Positions 36,581 to 48,966 of a stretch of DNA of 64,000 nucleotides are shown piece by piece. Made by a program: the position numbers and the translations under genes. The stretch is from Sphaerodactylus townsendi. Lineage: Eukaryota. The notes under the pieces are model-generated. The model was given only the letters and a program-made list of their open reading frames with translations. It made no database searches and was not told where the DNA came from. Location: the NCBI RefSeq assembly GCF_021028975.2, contig NC_059426.1, positions 126,046,001 to 126,110,000 on the forward strand, read 5' to 3'. Numbering within the stretch: the stretch's first letter is position 1; every line of letters begins with the position of its first letter.

Positions 36581-36873
36581 CCGTGGTGACGAACCTTTGG
36601 CACTCCAGATGTTATGGACTACAATTCCCATCAGCCCCTGCCAATTGGCCATGCTGGCAGGAGCTGATGGGAATTGTAGTCCATAACATCTAGAGCAGGG
36701 GTAGGGAACCTGCGGCTCTCCAGATGTTCAGGAACTACAATTCCCATCAGCCCCTACCAGCATGGCCAATTGGCCATGCTGACAAAGGCTGATGGGAATT
36801 GTAGTTCCTGAACATCTGGAGAGCCGCAGGTTCCCTACCCCTGATCTAGAGTGCCAAAGGTTCGCCACCACTA
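36581..36873. mobile_element. Palindromic hAT MITE interrupted by a second hAT MITE (36696-36843)
   Basis: Inner TIRs CAGGGGTAGGGAACC / GGTTCCCTACCCCTG; 8-bp TSD ATCTAGAG. Confidence 0.93.
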
Positions 36874-36911
36874 GGCCCTATGAAACATGGCTGGAATAGT
36901 AAACTATCTTG

Positions 36912-37052
36912 GGCCCCTTCCGCACACGCAAAATAATGCGGTTTCAAACCACTTTCACAACTGTTTGCAAGCGGTTTTTGCCATTCCGCACAGCTTCAAA
37001 GAGCACTGAAAGCAGTTTGAAAGTGCATTATTATGCATGTGCGGAATGAGCC
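36912..37052. mobile_element. MITE, same family as 32629-32769
   Basis: Reverse-complement similarity to 32629-32769. Confidence 0.65.
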
Positions 37053-37482
37053 TGGGTTACCATACTGCCAAGAAAGCACTGCATGCCTGCAGCACTCCCT
37101 TCCAAATACAGAATGACAAATACAAACTGGGCTTCAGCTTTTAGGTATTTTAAAGTCAGTGATCGTTTTTAGAACATCAATAACAATTTTTGAAAGCATT
37201 TGAATTTAGGAAGGTCATGGTTCTAGCATCCCAATCTGTTGAGATGTAGCTGAATGATTTTTTGCTGTGCACAGAATGGGTTATGCTTATTTGTTTTGAA
37301 CTATTTCTATGTTGCTTTTGTACCCTCTTCTAGGGTTGCCAAGGCAGCAAGCAATTAAAAATGTTTTAAACCAGCTTTAAACACACACACACAATTAAAC
37401 AAAACACATAAACATGTAGAAGGCTCAGTGATGAAGGTTTCGTGCTTGACCTTTACACCTGCAGGAGCATCATTTAAGGGAA

Positions 37483-37570
37483 TGTATTGTCGAAGGCTTT
37501 CACGGCCGGAATCACTTGGGCGCTGTGTGGTTTCCACAGGCCATACAGCCCGGAAACCACACAGCGCCCA
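37483..37570 (-). mobile_element. Penelope-like terminal remnant with short inversion
   Basis: TGTATTGTCGAAGGCTTTCACGGCCGGAATC is the reverse complement of the family tail. Confidence 0.65.
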
Positions 37571-37959
37571 TTTAAGGGTTTGATACATTGTTAAAGTCTT
37601 GATCCAATCTTTTTCCATGATGGTTTCAATTTTAGTTGCTGAACACAAAGAGATATAGAACCCTGGGTGAGTGAGACTAATGACTGTTCCCAGCCCATAT
37701 TATATCTGCAGATCTTTTTTTTAACCATTTCCTCAAACCATCTTTCTATCACTAGTCTTCTGTCACCCCAGATTCTGCAACCCTGCAGCTAGTTGTCCTC
37801 TCTGTCCTTTTTTAATATAATTTCTTTCATGGTTTTCAGTGACTTTTGATGCAGTAAAAATGGCTGAGTGGGGAAAAGTGCCCCTTCTTCCACAATATTT
37901 TGTGTGTTGTTGTGGTCCTCACGACTGACTTATGGCAACCCCATGAGGTTTTGAAGGCA

Positions 37960-38070
37960 AGAATTCCAAGAGAACTGTGACTGGCCCAAGGTCACCCAGT
38001 AGTCTTTATGTGGACGAGTGGGGATTTGAACCCTGTTCTCCAGATTAGAATCTGCCGCTCTTAACCATTT
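37960..38070 (-). mobile_element. tRNA-derived SINE head fragment
   Basis: Related to the 23352-23650 SINE; B-box GGTTCAAATCC on minus strand. Confidence 0.55.
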
Positions 38071-38657
38071 TGTACCATTTTGTTTCTCTTCCAAGCACAC
38101 ATACTGTCCATAGTGTCTTTTTGTGCCTGTTGTTCCTTTATTACTTCCTTTTCTTTATTCACCTCTCTTTGTAAAACCAAATTTTTCCGCACCATCTTCA
38201 CAACCTACATTACCTGTGTATTCTCTGCCCTTAAACTTTTTCACTACTCATTTGTCAGTCCTTGACCTCTTCCTCCACCTGTCTGGTCCACTTAATCCAG
38301 ATTATAAGCAGTGGTTTGGCAGTTGCTCATCCCTGTTTACGCCTTTAGACCACTTTTATCAGTATAGATCCCTTTAACACAGAAAGAAATTGTTGAGCCA
38401 GACTTCTAACATGAGCTGTCAAATCAAATAAGTGAAGGTCCACATGGGAACCTCAATGTATGAATCAGTTTAATTTTTCTTCCCCAGCATTAGTAGCGGG
38501 GGCATCTTAATATTCTGTGATAAAGAGTTGTCATCTTTATCATGCTGTCTGACCATCATTAAAAGAACAACCTGTTACCAGAAATATAAGCTGAGAAGAT
38601 GTATGCATTAAAATAGCAAGGAAGCTTAGGAGAACAAATGTGGGAGTTATTACTTAC

Positions 38658-38910
38658 TGTGGGAGGTTAACCAGGGAAGGAGCCAGGAGCAGATTTGTGA
38701 GTGAAGCATCCAGGTGTCAGTGGCTTCCAGTCTTGGGACAGTGGCTGTGTCTTCTCCACTTTTCTTCCTGAGCTCCTTTCTTTCAGTGTTGCTCTTTAAT
38801 CTCCATTTGCCTCCGCTCAGTTCCTCGTTTGCTTTTCAGGCTGCAGTTCCCTTGTGTGCCTTCTGTGCCAAGCCCTTGCTGACTCAATCACGTCAGAAGC
38901 TGGGATTTAC
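38658..38910 (-). promoter_or_regulatory. Candidate non-coding first exon and promoter of C15orf62
   Basis: ACA|GTAAGT donor at 38658/38657; TGACTCA at 38880-38886; TGACGTGA(-) at 38888-38895. Confidence 0.45.
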
Positions 38911-41357
38911 ACTATTAGTTAATTGCTGATATTGCAGGAAGTAGGTGTGTGTAGAGCTGTGAAGCACCAACCCTTGCTACAGAGCCTCAGGAGAATCTGG
39001 ATTTCTGTGGGACATTTGAACCATTTTCATATTACCCTTCAGTGTGATTACTGTAGGAGGGGGAATGTAGGGAAAAGTGCTCAGCAGGGTTTATCTCTGT
39101 TTCTGCTACGTTCAAGTGAGTTTGTGTAATTTTACTTGTGGTTGGAAATGGGAAATTCCTTTTTTGCATAATGTTGAAATGAAGTGAGGTAATGAGAGAG
39201 AATTGTAGCATTCATGACTCACCTACAGCAACATGACAGCGTGTTTGTAGACTCAGTGTTTCAAGAGCCCTCATTGGACCGTGGTTGGATTCAGTGTTAG
39301 TGTTTAAATGTGGCTGACTTGATTGCTGAAATTTACCTCTTCTCATGATGGCTAAAATATAGACTTGGACTTTGTAACAGTGACTTGAATTGCTACTTTG
39401 AACATTTTTTAAAGCTGTGATGATCAAAAGCAATCCAGTCTCTTGTGTGTAAGAGCCTCATTAAAGCTTCCTCCCTTACATGTAATGAACCCTCCATGCA
39501 GCCTTTTTTCTTCTTTCTCAGGGGTCTATTGAGCAAGTAAAGTGAACCTGAAGTGCCCCCTATCCAGTGACTGTTTCCTGAGGAACTCAAGCAAATAATT
39601 ATTTTGCATTCCCTGGTTTGGAATATAATTGACAATGTGGTATTTGAGGACTAAGGAGACCTGGCCTCAATTGCCCCCTTGACCATGATCTTGTTGGTTG
39701 CTCTGTTTAAGCCCCTGCTGCAAAGGATTATGTAGGTGGCGGGGGTGGGCGGGGGGGAGACGCACACATTGCCTTGAGCTCCTTGCGGGAAGGATGAGGT
39801 AGAAATTATAAAGATTCTTCTTTCCCTGGCATCATGAGCAATGTTAAGCTTGCCAATTGATCTGGTATCCAAATACTTTATACCGACCTTTGCGTTAGTG
39901 TATCACACTAAAAAGGGCCAATCATGTCTTGTAAAAATTCATCTGAATTTGGTTACAGCATCATGAGCGTGATTGCTGGGCCAAGATTTGTTTATTATTC
40001 AGCAAAAAAAAATAGAACCAATATTTTAGAAATATCATACTGATATCTAAACCTCTTAACTAAAAGCATTCTGATCACAGTAGCTGACTCATAAAGTTAT
40101 GTCGGCTGTTCAGTACTAATATAACATGTCCGATGAACTGCAAGCAGAGCGCAGCTCTGCGGACAGGCCTTTCCAGATTCCCCTTGAAATTGCCCATAAT
40201 TCAGTTTCAGGAGTTCTGGGAATCCTTGAACAGCACAGGGAACAAAGTTAGAATCTTCCCCACATTCCTTTTCCAAAGGAACTCAGCCATCACTGGTGGG
40301 AAACGGGAGCTGAATACAACATGGTTACTTAACTTTTTTAACCATGAAGCTATCCAAATGTAAGAGTACAGTCCTTTTGTTGTTGTTTTTTTGCTACACA
40401 TTTTAAAGACACAAGACAATCTGTGCTGAATGAAACCAAAGTCCAGTGGCGCCTTAAAGACAAGCAACTTTTATTTCAATGCAGTTTTGTGAGTTACTGC
40501 TCCCTTGCTCAACGGGCTTCTACATACCTGAGCAAGTGAGCTCTGCCTCACAAAAGTTACCCCCTTTAGGATATGTACTGAGCATTTAGTGCATCCCTGA
40601 CTTCATTGTTCGTGTGCCATGTAACAAATGGTGTGAAGGCATAGGTAAGAGAGCTACATATCTTACAGAACATGAAAACTACCAAGTCAGATGAAATCAA
40701 ACTCCATGTAGGCAAGTGTTTTGTTTCCAACAGTGGCCAGACAAATGGCTGTAGAAGCTTGCAGGCATGATGTGATAATGACCACTGCTGGTGGTGGTTG
40801 TTTCTCTCAAGTGTCCGGTGCTCAGAAGTGCGCTGCCTCTGCAGACAAAGGTTTCTTTTAGATATAATGGCTCGGCCACTGAATGACCTGCCATTGCAGG
40901 TTAAGATGGCTCTCTCCATGTGGCAAAGAATTCCATCTACAACCATTGCAGCTTTATCTTATTACATGTTTATTTTGCCCTTCCTCCAAGTAAACTAGGG
41001 CAGTATACATCATTCTTCCTTCTCCTATTTTACACTGACATTCCTGTGAGGTATATGGTAGATTAAGAGAAAGAGATAGGGCCCAAGTCTGTTGCTAACT
41101 CCAACAGTATTCACAGAATTTTTGCTTTGGGTGTCTCCAAGAGACTTGTTCTTGTATTTCCCCATTTCCTTTTTTCATTTTCCCTTGACTATGTTCTCCA
41201 TGATGTTTCCTTTGCAGCCCCAATAAATTCTGCGTGTTGCTGTGTGAGATTCTGACACTTCTCTTGTGTGCTGTTGTGATTTTTTTCCCTTTTGAATATT
41301 ACCAAACATGCAAACAGTGAATTCACCTAACATTTCCTGCTGTCGCTTATTTTCCAG

Positions 41358-41471
41358 GGTTCTGTGGTGTCTGAGCGAGATTATGAAAGTCTTGTGATGA
41401 TGCGGATGCGCCAAGCGGCTGAGAGACAGAAACTGATTGAGCAGTTGAAACAAGAAGATGAAGAGTCTTGA
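41358..41471 (+). CDS. DNAJC17: DNAJC17 exon 11, last ([37 protein letters not shown])
   Basis: tttccag acceptor, TGA at 41469-41471; total CDS 921 nt = 306 aa. Confidence 0.96.
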   Translation, partial: GSVVSERDYESLVMMRMRQAAERQKLIEQLKQEDEES

Positions 41472-41522
41472 ACATAGTTTAAGGAAAAACAGAATTCTCT
41501 TATATTTTCACATACTGCTTAA

Positions 41523-41537
41523 ATTAAAGTCAATAAA
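41523..41537 (+). terminator. DNAJC17 proximal polyadenylation signals (ATTAAA, AATAAA)
   Basis: ATTAAA at 41523-41528 and AATAAA at 41532-41537, 50-60 nt after the stop. Confidence 0.6.
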
Positions 41538-42408
41538 TACCCTTTTAAAAAAACTCATTTTTCCTGAGTAAAACTAATAAGGGGTATATATCTAGTTGGG
41601 GGATTCAAAAATCTTCATGTATGACTTTAAAATTGGTTGGAGGTTACTAGTTCATTCGACTGGTATTGGCATGCTCTTCTTAGATGGAAAGACAACACAA
41701 GAGCTTATGCTAGTGGAAGAGTCTCTTGTCAGAGGAAAGTTCCTTATGCCAGAGGGATATGCCAATGAATAGACTGATGGGATCCAACCCTCTGTATCAA
41801 CAGCTAGTTTCCATCGGCCAAACCTGAAAGGATCCATTTGGCCAGTCCCTTGCCAACCACGTTCCTCCTCCTAGTGACAAAACATGAGCCAGTTTATATA
41901 TAAGTCTAGTCATCTGAGATTTGCCTGAGATTGTTTGGCAGTTATACTTATAGCAATGGTTACAAGATTCATTTTGAGGTTTTTTTCATGTAATCACCTT
42001 GCATATAAAGATCCTAGGATTCCTGACCTCTTGTGATAAACAGAACTTCAAGTAATACTCATGAAAGGCTTCTTGAATAAAGGAGGCTTCATGAATAAAG
42101 GTTTACATTTATGAACATTTATTAACATAAAGGTTGCTTTATATCTGTCCGAGGCGTGATAAGAGTTCCAACAACAATAAAATGATTTCTGAATAAAACT
42201 TCCAGCATCTTCACAGACGTTTTTGTGAAAGGGTTCAATAGTGGATGTTCTTATGTTCTTATGTCACATGCATCCAAAGCCTATGATACTAATAAACATA
42301 CAAGTGCTGGCACTGAGGGAGTTTGTTCCACAGAAGGCGCTCAATCATGTCTCATTGTTGGCCATGCAGTCTTTGCCACCATCTCAGTTTTGTTTGGTGA
42401 TTCAGATA

Positions 42409-42638
42409 CAGTAGAACCTCGAAAATCGGTGCCTTTGACAATCGTCAATTTTAGAAATCGACAATTGCCAGGTGCTGATTTCCGCCATCTAAAATTGTTG
42501 GCAGCCTCGATTTTCGGCGGCCACCAAGGTACGCAAACGCCGTTGTGCATGCGCAAAGGGCATACCTCGAAATACGCCATTTTCGTAAATCGCCAATAAT
42601 CTCCGGATGGATTATCGGCGATTTACTAGGTTCTACTG
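42409..42638. mobile_element. Tc1/mariner-superfamily (Tigger/pogo-like) MITE
   Basis: TIRs CAGTAGAACCT / AGGTTCTACTG with TA on both sides; CpG-rich. Confidence 0.8.
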
Positions 42639-43537
42639 TATAGCCTTTTGAACTAAAGGAATCTTCCTAGGTTATTGTGGTGCTACTGATGGGGCACTGC
42701 AGCACTGAAGTCATAGGAACCTGGCATGCCCATAACCTTTTCTGAAGCAGAAAGAAAGCTGCACAGGGCCAGCTGGAGCTGATGTCTGGCAATCTGGCAG
42801 TTTCCCTATTTTCAAGGCTACTGTGCACAACTCCTATTTCTTAACGGTTATTTCTTTACTTTTATCGAGAGTTAAACTGCTTAATGCAGTGTTCTTCACA
42901 GACGTTTAATAGTAGATGTTAAATCTGGTTTTTTATCAATTTTTTAAAAATCTTGCTATTGACTTTAGGTATGATTTGGTACACACAGTCTTCCAGGTAA
43001 TCCCAGCAACTAAAGGTAGACCAGTTACAAAACTGATGGTGTAACATTTGCACCATACTTGTCACTGGAGGGTTCAAGAGGCAAATGTTGCCACATAATT
43101 CCAGCCATGCACTCACTTGAAATGTAATGGGTTGATCTGCTTTCAACAAGAAGGGCACTGTGCTTAACCAGTCTATTCTTTTCCATCCCCAGAAATGGTT
43201 TGGCCATCTTATAATTAACTTTGCCCCCCTCCCCAGCTTAAAACGGTTACACAGCAAACTGTGTGTCAAGGTGATTTTTTTCAGCAGTAACTAATGCAGA
43301 AGATTTAACACTTCAGTAGATGCACTTCTAGGCTGGATTCAAATTAATGCTCAAGAAAGATCCAACTTTCTAGAAAAGGTTTAATCTCCAAATCCTTGCA
43401 GCTAACTGGACCACCATTTCTCCTATAGTGAGCTTTTTACCCCAATGGCTATTTTTCAATGTTGGATGCTGAGTAGATTTTACTTCACGATGTCTGAAAA
43501 CAATATATAACCACTAATCAAAGAAACAAGGCCAGTC

Positions 43538-43718
43538 TTATGCAGGGCGATTTACAACAATGTCTTGGTCATGAAGAATGTCAGAGTTCTCTGTACTTTC
43601 TTTGTGGAGACACCATACCAGTGTCTGCCCCACTCCTGTCATGCTGATCACTTGGTAGCCTCGCTTCTCCAGCTTGTCCAAGACGATTCGGGGGGCATCA
43701 TGAACATAATACTCCCAG
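43538..43718 (-). CDS. GCHFR: GCHFR exon 3 (WEYYVHDAPRIVLDKLEKRGYQVISMTGVGQTLVWCLHKE + STENSDILHDQDIVVNRPA*)
   Basis: ttgcaacag acceptor; matches human PRIVLDKLE..SMTGVGQTLVWCLHKE; TAA at 43540-43538. Confidence 0.93.
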
Positions 43719-45149
43719 CTGTTGCAAGCAAGAAGGAAAAAAAAGTCAGAAGAGCACTTCTGTCAACAATTACAAAAGTACTATGAGCACCACAATGACA
43801 CAAAGCATTCAGATTGGGGGAAGAATTTACATTTTAAAAATACAAGCTATGAACATTAGGAAGTAACTGAAAGGAGGCACTGCAAACAACCTTGGCTACA
43901 TGGATATCAGCTTCTAATCTACCTATGCCCAGGTAGAACTTCACCATTACAAATTTTAACACCATGGCTGGAAAACACAACATTGGGTGATAGTCTTACA
44001 GAATTTATAAAGGGATTAAGACAGCCAAAGACCAGTACTGGTGTCTGGGATTTTATGATGTCTTGAAATGAACACTTCAATTTCATTTTTAAAAGAAAAG
44101 CAATGAGAAAAGGGCCTTGCAGATGAACAAGTAATTACTGTACTTATTATGGAAGAAACCAAATATGCTATTCCTTTTCACTTTTAGAAAAGAGCAAATA
44201 ATCTTGATACTCTACTACCCTCATTCAACACATTTCATCATCCTTTATACCAACATAGCACTGTACATGGTGCTTCATGCAGTACTATAAGCAAGAACAA
44301 TAAAAAGTTCCTCTCCCCAGCTTGCAACATCAATGCCAACAATGGGAGGAGAGAAGGAAGGCAGAGTTAAAGCAAGAATTAATGTAAACAAATGCAAGGT
44401 TAATTGTAAGGTTAATTGGGGATTAAACTGGGACAAACTACACACAATATGAGAAATATGTAATCAGAACTCCCATGTTTCTGTTCAACTGGGATGCAGT
44501 TGCAGAGGCTACCAAGTTATTTGAAGAAACAGTGTGGAGGAATAAGATGTATGTTTTCTCGTGCGCGGGGGGTGGGGGTTAGAAAACTGTGGAAGATGTA
44601 GTAAGAGTTGAACAAGCAAGCACAGACTGCTGCTGCACATTGGCAACAAACCATGGCAGCATTTCAATTTGGAGGTGGCCGAAGACTGACAATCCAGTAA
44701 TGAATTTCCTATGTAATCTGAAGCTTGGCCCTGATGGGGTTAAGCCAAAGAGCTGGCTCCAATGCGGAAAAGTTCATGGTGGAAATTGACAAAACCGAAC
44801 TTTTCCCACCTTCTCTTTCCTCATCAGTTCACTGTTTGCCCCCAAAAACCTTTATGACAGCTGGGAGATAAGAACATAAGAACATAAGAACAAGCCAGCT
44901 GGATCAGACCAGAGTCCATCTAGTCCAGCTCTCTGCTACTCGCAGTGGCCCACCAGGTGCCTTTGGGAGTTCACATGTAGGATGTGAAAGCAATGGCCTT
45001 CTGCGGCTGTTGCTCCCGAGCACCTGGACTGTTAAGGCATTTGCAATCTCAGATCAAAGAGGATCAAGATTGGTAGCCATAAATTGACTTCTCCTCCATA
45101 AATCTGTCCAAGCCCCTTTTAAAGCTATCCAGGTTAGTGGCCATCACCA

Positions 45150-47939
45150 CCTCCTGTGGCAGCATATTCCAAACACCAATCACACGTGAAGAAGTGTTTC
45201 CTTTTATTAGTCCTAATTCTTCCCCCCAGCATTTTCAATGAATGCCCCCCTGGTTCTAGTATTGTGAGAAAGAGAGAAAAATTTCTCTCTGTCAACATTT
45301 TCTACCCCATGCATAATTTTATAGACTTCAATCATATCCCCCCTCAGACGTCTCCTCTCCAAAGAGTCCCAAACGCTGCAGCCTTTCCTCATAAGGAAGG
45401 TGCTCCAGTCCCTCAATCATCCTCGTTGCCCTTCTCTGCACTTTTTCTATCTCTTCAATATCCTTTTTTTTGAGGATGTGGTGACCAGAACTGAACACAG
45501 TACTCCAAGTGTTGGTGTACTCAAGGCTTTATATAAGGGCATGACAATCTTTGCAGTTTTATTATCAATTCCTTTCCTGATTATCCCCAGCATAGAGTTT
45601 GCCTTTTTCACAGCTGCCATGCATTGAGTTGACATTCCCATGGAACTATCAACTAAGACGCCCAAATCCCTTTCCTGGTCTGTGACTGATAGCACTGACC
45701 CCTGCAGCGTGTATGTGAAGTTTGGATTTTTTGTCCCTATGTGCATCATTTTGCATTTTGCTACATTGAACTGCATTTGCCATTTCTTAGCCCACTCACC
45801 TAATTTATCAAGGTCCGCTTGGACCTCCTCGCAATCCTTTGTGGTTCTCACCACCCTACATAATTTGGTATCATCTGCAAACTTGGCCACCACGCTACCC
45901 ACCCCTACTTCCAGGTCATTTATGAATAGGTTAAAGAGCACTGGTCCCAATACGGATCCTTGGGGGACACCACTCCCCACATCTCTCCATTGTGAGAATT
46001 TCCCATTTACACCCACTCTTTGCTTCCTGTTTCTCAACCAGTTTTTAATCCATAGGAGGACTTCCCCTCTTATTCCTTCATTGCTGAGTTTTCTCAATAG
46101 TCTCTGGTGAGGAACTTTGTCAAAAGCCTTTTGGAAATCCAAGTAGACAATGTCCACTGGTTCCCCCTTATCCACATGCCTATTTACATCCTCAAAGAAC
46201 TCTAGTAAGTTTGTAAGACAGGATTTGCCTCTGCAAAAGCCATGCTGACTCTTTCTCAGCAGGTTTTGCTTTTCTACATGTTTTATAATTTTATCTTTAA
46301 TGACAGATTCTACTAATTTACCAGGAACAGATGTCAAACTGACTGGCTCTGTAATTTCAGGTCCTCCCTAGATCCTTTCTTAAAGATTGGTGTGACATTG
46401 GCCATCTTCCAGTCTTCAGGGATGGAGCCTGATTTCAAGGATAAGTTGCATATTAAAGTGAGAAGATCAGCAATTTCATGCTTGAGCTCTTTAAGAACTC
46501 TTGGGTGAATGCAATCTGGGCCAGGGGATTTGGTAGCATTTAGTTTATCAATGGCTGCCAGAACTTCTTCCTTTTCTACCACTATCTTCGTTATTTCCTC
46601 GGATTCGCCTCCTAAGAATCTTGTTTCAGGTGCAGGAATTTTCCCTCACCTCCTCTTGGGTGAAGACAGATGCAAAGAATTCATTCAGCTTTTCTGCAAT
46701 CTCCCTGTCATCTTTTAGCACACCCTTTGTTCCTTTGTCATCTAACGGGCCTACCGCTTCCCTTGCTGGCTTCCTGCTTTTGATGTACTTGAAGAACTGT
46801 TTGTTGCTGGTTTTGATGTTTCACAGCCATCGTTCCCTCATAATCCTTTTTTGCCTCCCTTACAGCTAACTTGCTTCTCTTTTGCCACCATTTGTGTTCT
46901 CTCTGGTATTCTTTATCAGTTAAGTTGGACTTCCATTTTCTAAAAGACATCTTTTTTTCCCTAATAATTTCCTCAACGTCCCTTGTTAACCATGGTGGCT
47001 TTCTTTGACTGGGCTTGCCTTTTCCTAACCTGTGGAACACATTCCAGTTGAGCTTTTAAGACTGTGTGTTTTAAATAACCTCCAAGCATCTTGGACATTT
47101 TTGACTCTCTTGATTTTCCCTTTCAGCTTCCTGCACTATCCCCCTCATCTTTGAGAAATTTCCCTTTCTGAAGGCTTAATGTAACTACATTAGTAGTTGT
47201 CACTTGTTCGCATGCAGAGATACTGCATCTGACAGCATTGTGGTCGCTGTTCCCTATCGGCTCAACAACACTGACTTCCCGCACCAGGTCCTGGGTCCCA
47301 CATAGAATTAGATCTAGGATCACATCTCCCCTGGTTGGTTCTACAACCATCTACTCTAAGCCACAGTCATTTAGCATATCCAGGAATGTTCTGTCCTTAC
47401 TATGACCTGAACATGCATTTTTCCAGTTTATATGGGGATAGTTAAAATCGCCCATCAATACCCGCGACATTTTTGCTTTTGTTGGCCTCTCTAATTTCTT
47501 TTTCCATCCTCAGAATCCTCTTGTGCTTTGGTCAGGGGGTCGATAATATATTCCTAATGTTAAACTATGCTTCACCCTGGTATTGATATCCACAGTGCTT
47601 CTGTAGAGGATCAGCTCCCCCTGCATTGTCTATTTTATGTGACACTATGCTCTCTTTGATGTAGAGGGCCACCCCACCCCCAATACGCCCTGTCCTATCC
47701 TTCCTGTAGAGCCTGTAACCTGGGATAACAGCATCCCACTGGTTCTCCTCATTCCACCATGTCTCTGTGATGCCCACTATATCAATGTCCTCCTTCAAAA
47801 CTCTGTACTCCAGCTCCCCCATTTTAGGTCGAATGCTTCTACTATTAGCATAGAGACACTTGTATACTCTGTCTCTGTCCCTAACCTGGGATTTATGTGT
47901 TTTGCCCTCTAGCCTTCTGTAGACACTATCACTTATCAC
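45150..47939 (-). pseudogene. CR1 ORF2 (APE endonuclease + reverse transcriptase), frameshifted into several pieces
   Basis: 'CLYANSRS..VGITETWW', 'SDHNAV', 'YLDFQKAFDKV', 'GVPQGSVLGP', 'KFADDTKL'. Confidence 0.92.
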
Positions 47940-48063
47940 ATTGCTATGTTACTCACTTGTATGTGGTTGATTTAAAAAAAAACCTCCTTCTCTGTCTGCA
48001 TCCCCATGGACTCTGTATTCCGAACCGAAGTCACCTCAGCTCCTGTCGGCTTTCCCCCAGGAA

Positions 48064-48966
48064 TCAGTTTAAAAGCTGTTCTGCCACCTTTTTAATGTTG
48101 AGCGCCAGCAGCCTGGTTCCTCTTTGGTTAAGATGAAGCCCGCCCCTTTTGTACAGGCCTGCCTTATCCCAAAAGGTTCCCCAGTTCCTGACAAATCTGA
48201 AACCCTCTGCCTTGCACCACCTTCTCATCCACGCATTGAGACCCTGTATCTCCGCTTGCCTAGCTCGCCCTGCGCGTGGAACAGGTAGCATTTCAGAGAA
48301 TGCCACCTTGCGGGTCCTGGATTTTAACCTTTTTCCTAGCAGCCTAAATTTAGCTTCCAGAACCTCCCGGCTACAATTCCCAATGTCATTGGTACCAATG
48401 TGGACCACAACTGCTGACTCCACCCCCGAACTGTCTAACAGCCTAGCTAGGCGAAGCGTGACCTCCCCAACCTTCGCACCGGGCAGGCAAGTCACCATGC
48501 GGTCATCACGCCTGTCACAAACCCAACTCTCTATATTCCTGATGATCGAATCACCCACTACAAGGAGCCCCCCACCTCCCCGAGGGGTATCCTCAGTGCG
48601 AGAGGATAGCTGATCACCAGTTAAGAAAGGGATCCCATCTAAGGGAGCATCTTCCCCCACCTCAGACTGGAACCCTCTGTCACCCAGACTCTCATTCTCC
48701 ATGACATCTGAAGAGATGTCACCTTGGGAGTGGGACCCGGCTGCTAGGTCCCTGAAAGCCTTGTTTGTTGCCCTCTCTGCCTCTCTCAGCTTCTCCAGGT
48801 CTGCCACCTTGGCTTCAAGAGAACGGACACGTTCCTTGAGTGCCAGGAGCTCATTGCAGCGAGGGCACACCCACGACTTCTGGCCTAGTGGCAGATAGTC
48901 ATACATGTGACACTCAGTGCAAAACACTGGCAAGCCCCCATCCCCCTGCTGGCTTCCTGCCTTCAT
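48064..48966 (-). CDS. CR1 ORF1, 300 aa: CxxC..CxxC finger, coiled coil, SGNH/GDSL esterase-like domain
   Basis: 'CTECH..CPRC', 'LKERVRSLEAKVADL', 'VVGDSII', 'HIGTND', 'GGLHLN'. Confidence 0.88.
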   Translation of the reverse strand: MKAGSQQGDGGLPVFCTECHMYDYLPLGQKSWVCPRCNELLALKERVRSLEAKVADLEKLREAERATNKAFRDLAAGSHSQGDISSDVMENESLGDRGFQSEVGEDAPLDGIPFLTGDQLSSRTEDTPRGGGGLLVVGDSIIRNIESWVCDRRDDRMVTCLPGAKVGEVTLRLARLLDSSGVESAVVVHIGTNDIGNCSREVLEAKFRLLGKRLKSRTRKVAFSEMLPVPRAGRARQAEIQGLNAWMRRWCKAEGFRFVRNWGTFWDKAGLYKRGGLHLNQRGTRLLALNIKKVAEQLLN

